Assembly (NCBI GenBank): GCA_015680685.1
Contig: MNCI01002485.1
Span: 744,439-808,438, forward strand
From: Gnetum montanum
Lineage: Eukaryota > Plantae > Gnetophyta
Length of the DNA: 64,000 nt
Reading direction: 5' to 3'
In this document: positions 62,860-64,000 of the stretch, one piece after another
Layout: every line of letters begins with the position of its first letter
Position numbering within the stretch: the first letter of the stretch is position 1
Made by a program: the position numbers and the translations under genes
Notes under the pieces: generated by a model
What the model saw: only the letters and a program-made list of their open reading frames with translations
Told to the model about the DNA's origin: nothing
The model's database searches: none

Positions 62860-64000
62860 CATCGTAGGTCCAATCTAAGAATACGATTGAGCTTCTACTT
62901 ATGCATGTAGTTGCTAAATCTCACCTACAAGCTTCTTTCCTCATACAACATGCCAAAGGTAGGCCTCAAATTACCTAATTCTCATGTTTCCCCTAGCTAG
63001 ATTTATTGTTTCATGCTATTGCAAGCAACCTTGCATCATCAGTGTTTTTGCTAGATGAAATTGGATGTTTTTTATTTTTGCCAAAATCTTATTTTTTGTG
63101 TCTTTATTTTTCATTATAGATGTTGTAATTAAAAATTCCCCTACATTTTGTTTCTTTATTTTTCATTTTTGAAACTGTAAATCAAGCTAGGATTCTTAAC
63201 CCTTTACATACTACCTATTGATGATAATTCTTTTCTTTTTTACTATATAATATTGTTGACACATTTCTATCATTGAATGGAGTAGGCTTTATGGACTATA
63301 ATTCTTAAAGGGGAGTTATACATGGCTACCAAAGATAAAAACAACAAGGCCAAATTTTTATATCCTGTAGTCATAGTATCTTTTTAGTGGATTATTTCCT
63401 AGAAGTCTTTTCTTAGATACATTATGCATATTGAGACTATCAGCATTGAATTGCCCATTTTGAAGGCATAAGTAGAGCATTTAACATAGGTACTTTTCCA
63501 ACATTACTACATAAAGAAATTAAATTATATAAATGATTTTAACCATACATATAAAGGTTTTCATCAAACCATGGTAAAGGAGGACTATGAATTACATGAA
63601 TTTTCCTCTCTTTCTCATGCCCATGAACATCCATTATTTTCAAATTTATACAAATTCTTAGTTTTCCTTCCCAACATATGTGGAGCGTCTTATGTTTGTA
63701 GTAAATTCTTTCAAAGAGTTTATTAAAAAAGAAATAGAATGTTTGGACTATGCAACTCAAGAATTTGAATGAAAAGATTCATTTTAAATATATATATATA
63801 TTGTATCTAGCCTTGAAGATTTAGATCATGGTTATATGTCTAGCAACCAAAATCCTTGCATGATACTTTGTAGATTGCTGACCAATGAGTCTCTGCACAA
63901 TGTCCTTGAAATCAAAGAATTAGTAAACATTCCATTTAGGAGAAGTATAGTAAGAAACCCAAAAACATAGCTGGATCCAAGCTCAAACCTCTACTATAAA

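Noticed and set aside
62900-64000. Possible host gene or transposase exons (ORF 63539-63760, -)
   Set aside because: No motif I can recognise and no consistent splice structure.

Overview
AT-rich eukaryotic intergenic DNA from a large plant genome. The heavy CpG/CHG decay and very old LTR elements look gymnosperm-like, but that is inference. I see no intact host gene, RNA gene or CRISPR array. The window is a nested stack of decayed Ty3/Gypsy retrotransposons: a barely recognisable Tat-type gag-pol ghost (1-4400, -), a Tekay/Del fragment (~6960-8846, +), a Tat/Ogre-type pol with an extra archaeal-type RNase H (~8850-12250, -), and several Athila-clade elements. Best resolved is a complete 6.8-kb gag+protease-only element (17849-24649, -; two LTRs, PBS, PPT, TSD ATTTG) inserted into the gag of an older member of its own family. 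Two more relatives lie at ~38091-44222 and ~56949-58794. Also present are an autonomous-type Athila element with an env-like extra ORF (~25652-37272, +), a second one (48031-53259, -), and a small tRNA-iMet-primed pol-less LTR element (44241-48030, -). Three features stand out. (1) A ~2.3-kb mosaic of same-strand host-gene fragments (intronless HSP70, cytochrome P450, possibly PPR) lies between an iMet-type PBS and an LTR-like sequence (53260-56887). (2) A ~3-kb array of ~180-bp units each carries a hairpin whose two arms often co-vary (13150-16110). (3) A non-coding block is shared between the pol-less family and an autonomous Athila element. All calls come from reading and translating by eye; boundaries without TG..CA/TSD support are approximate.
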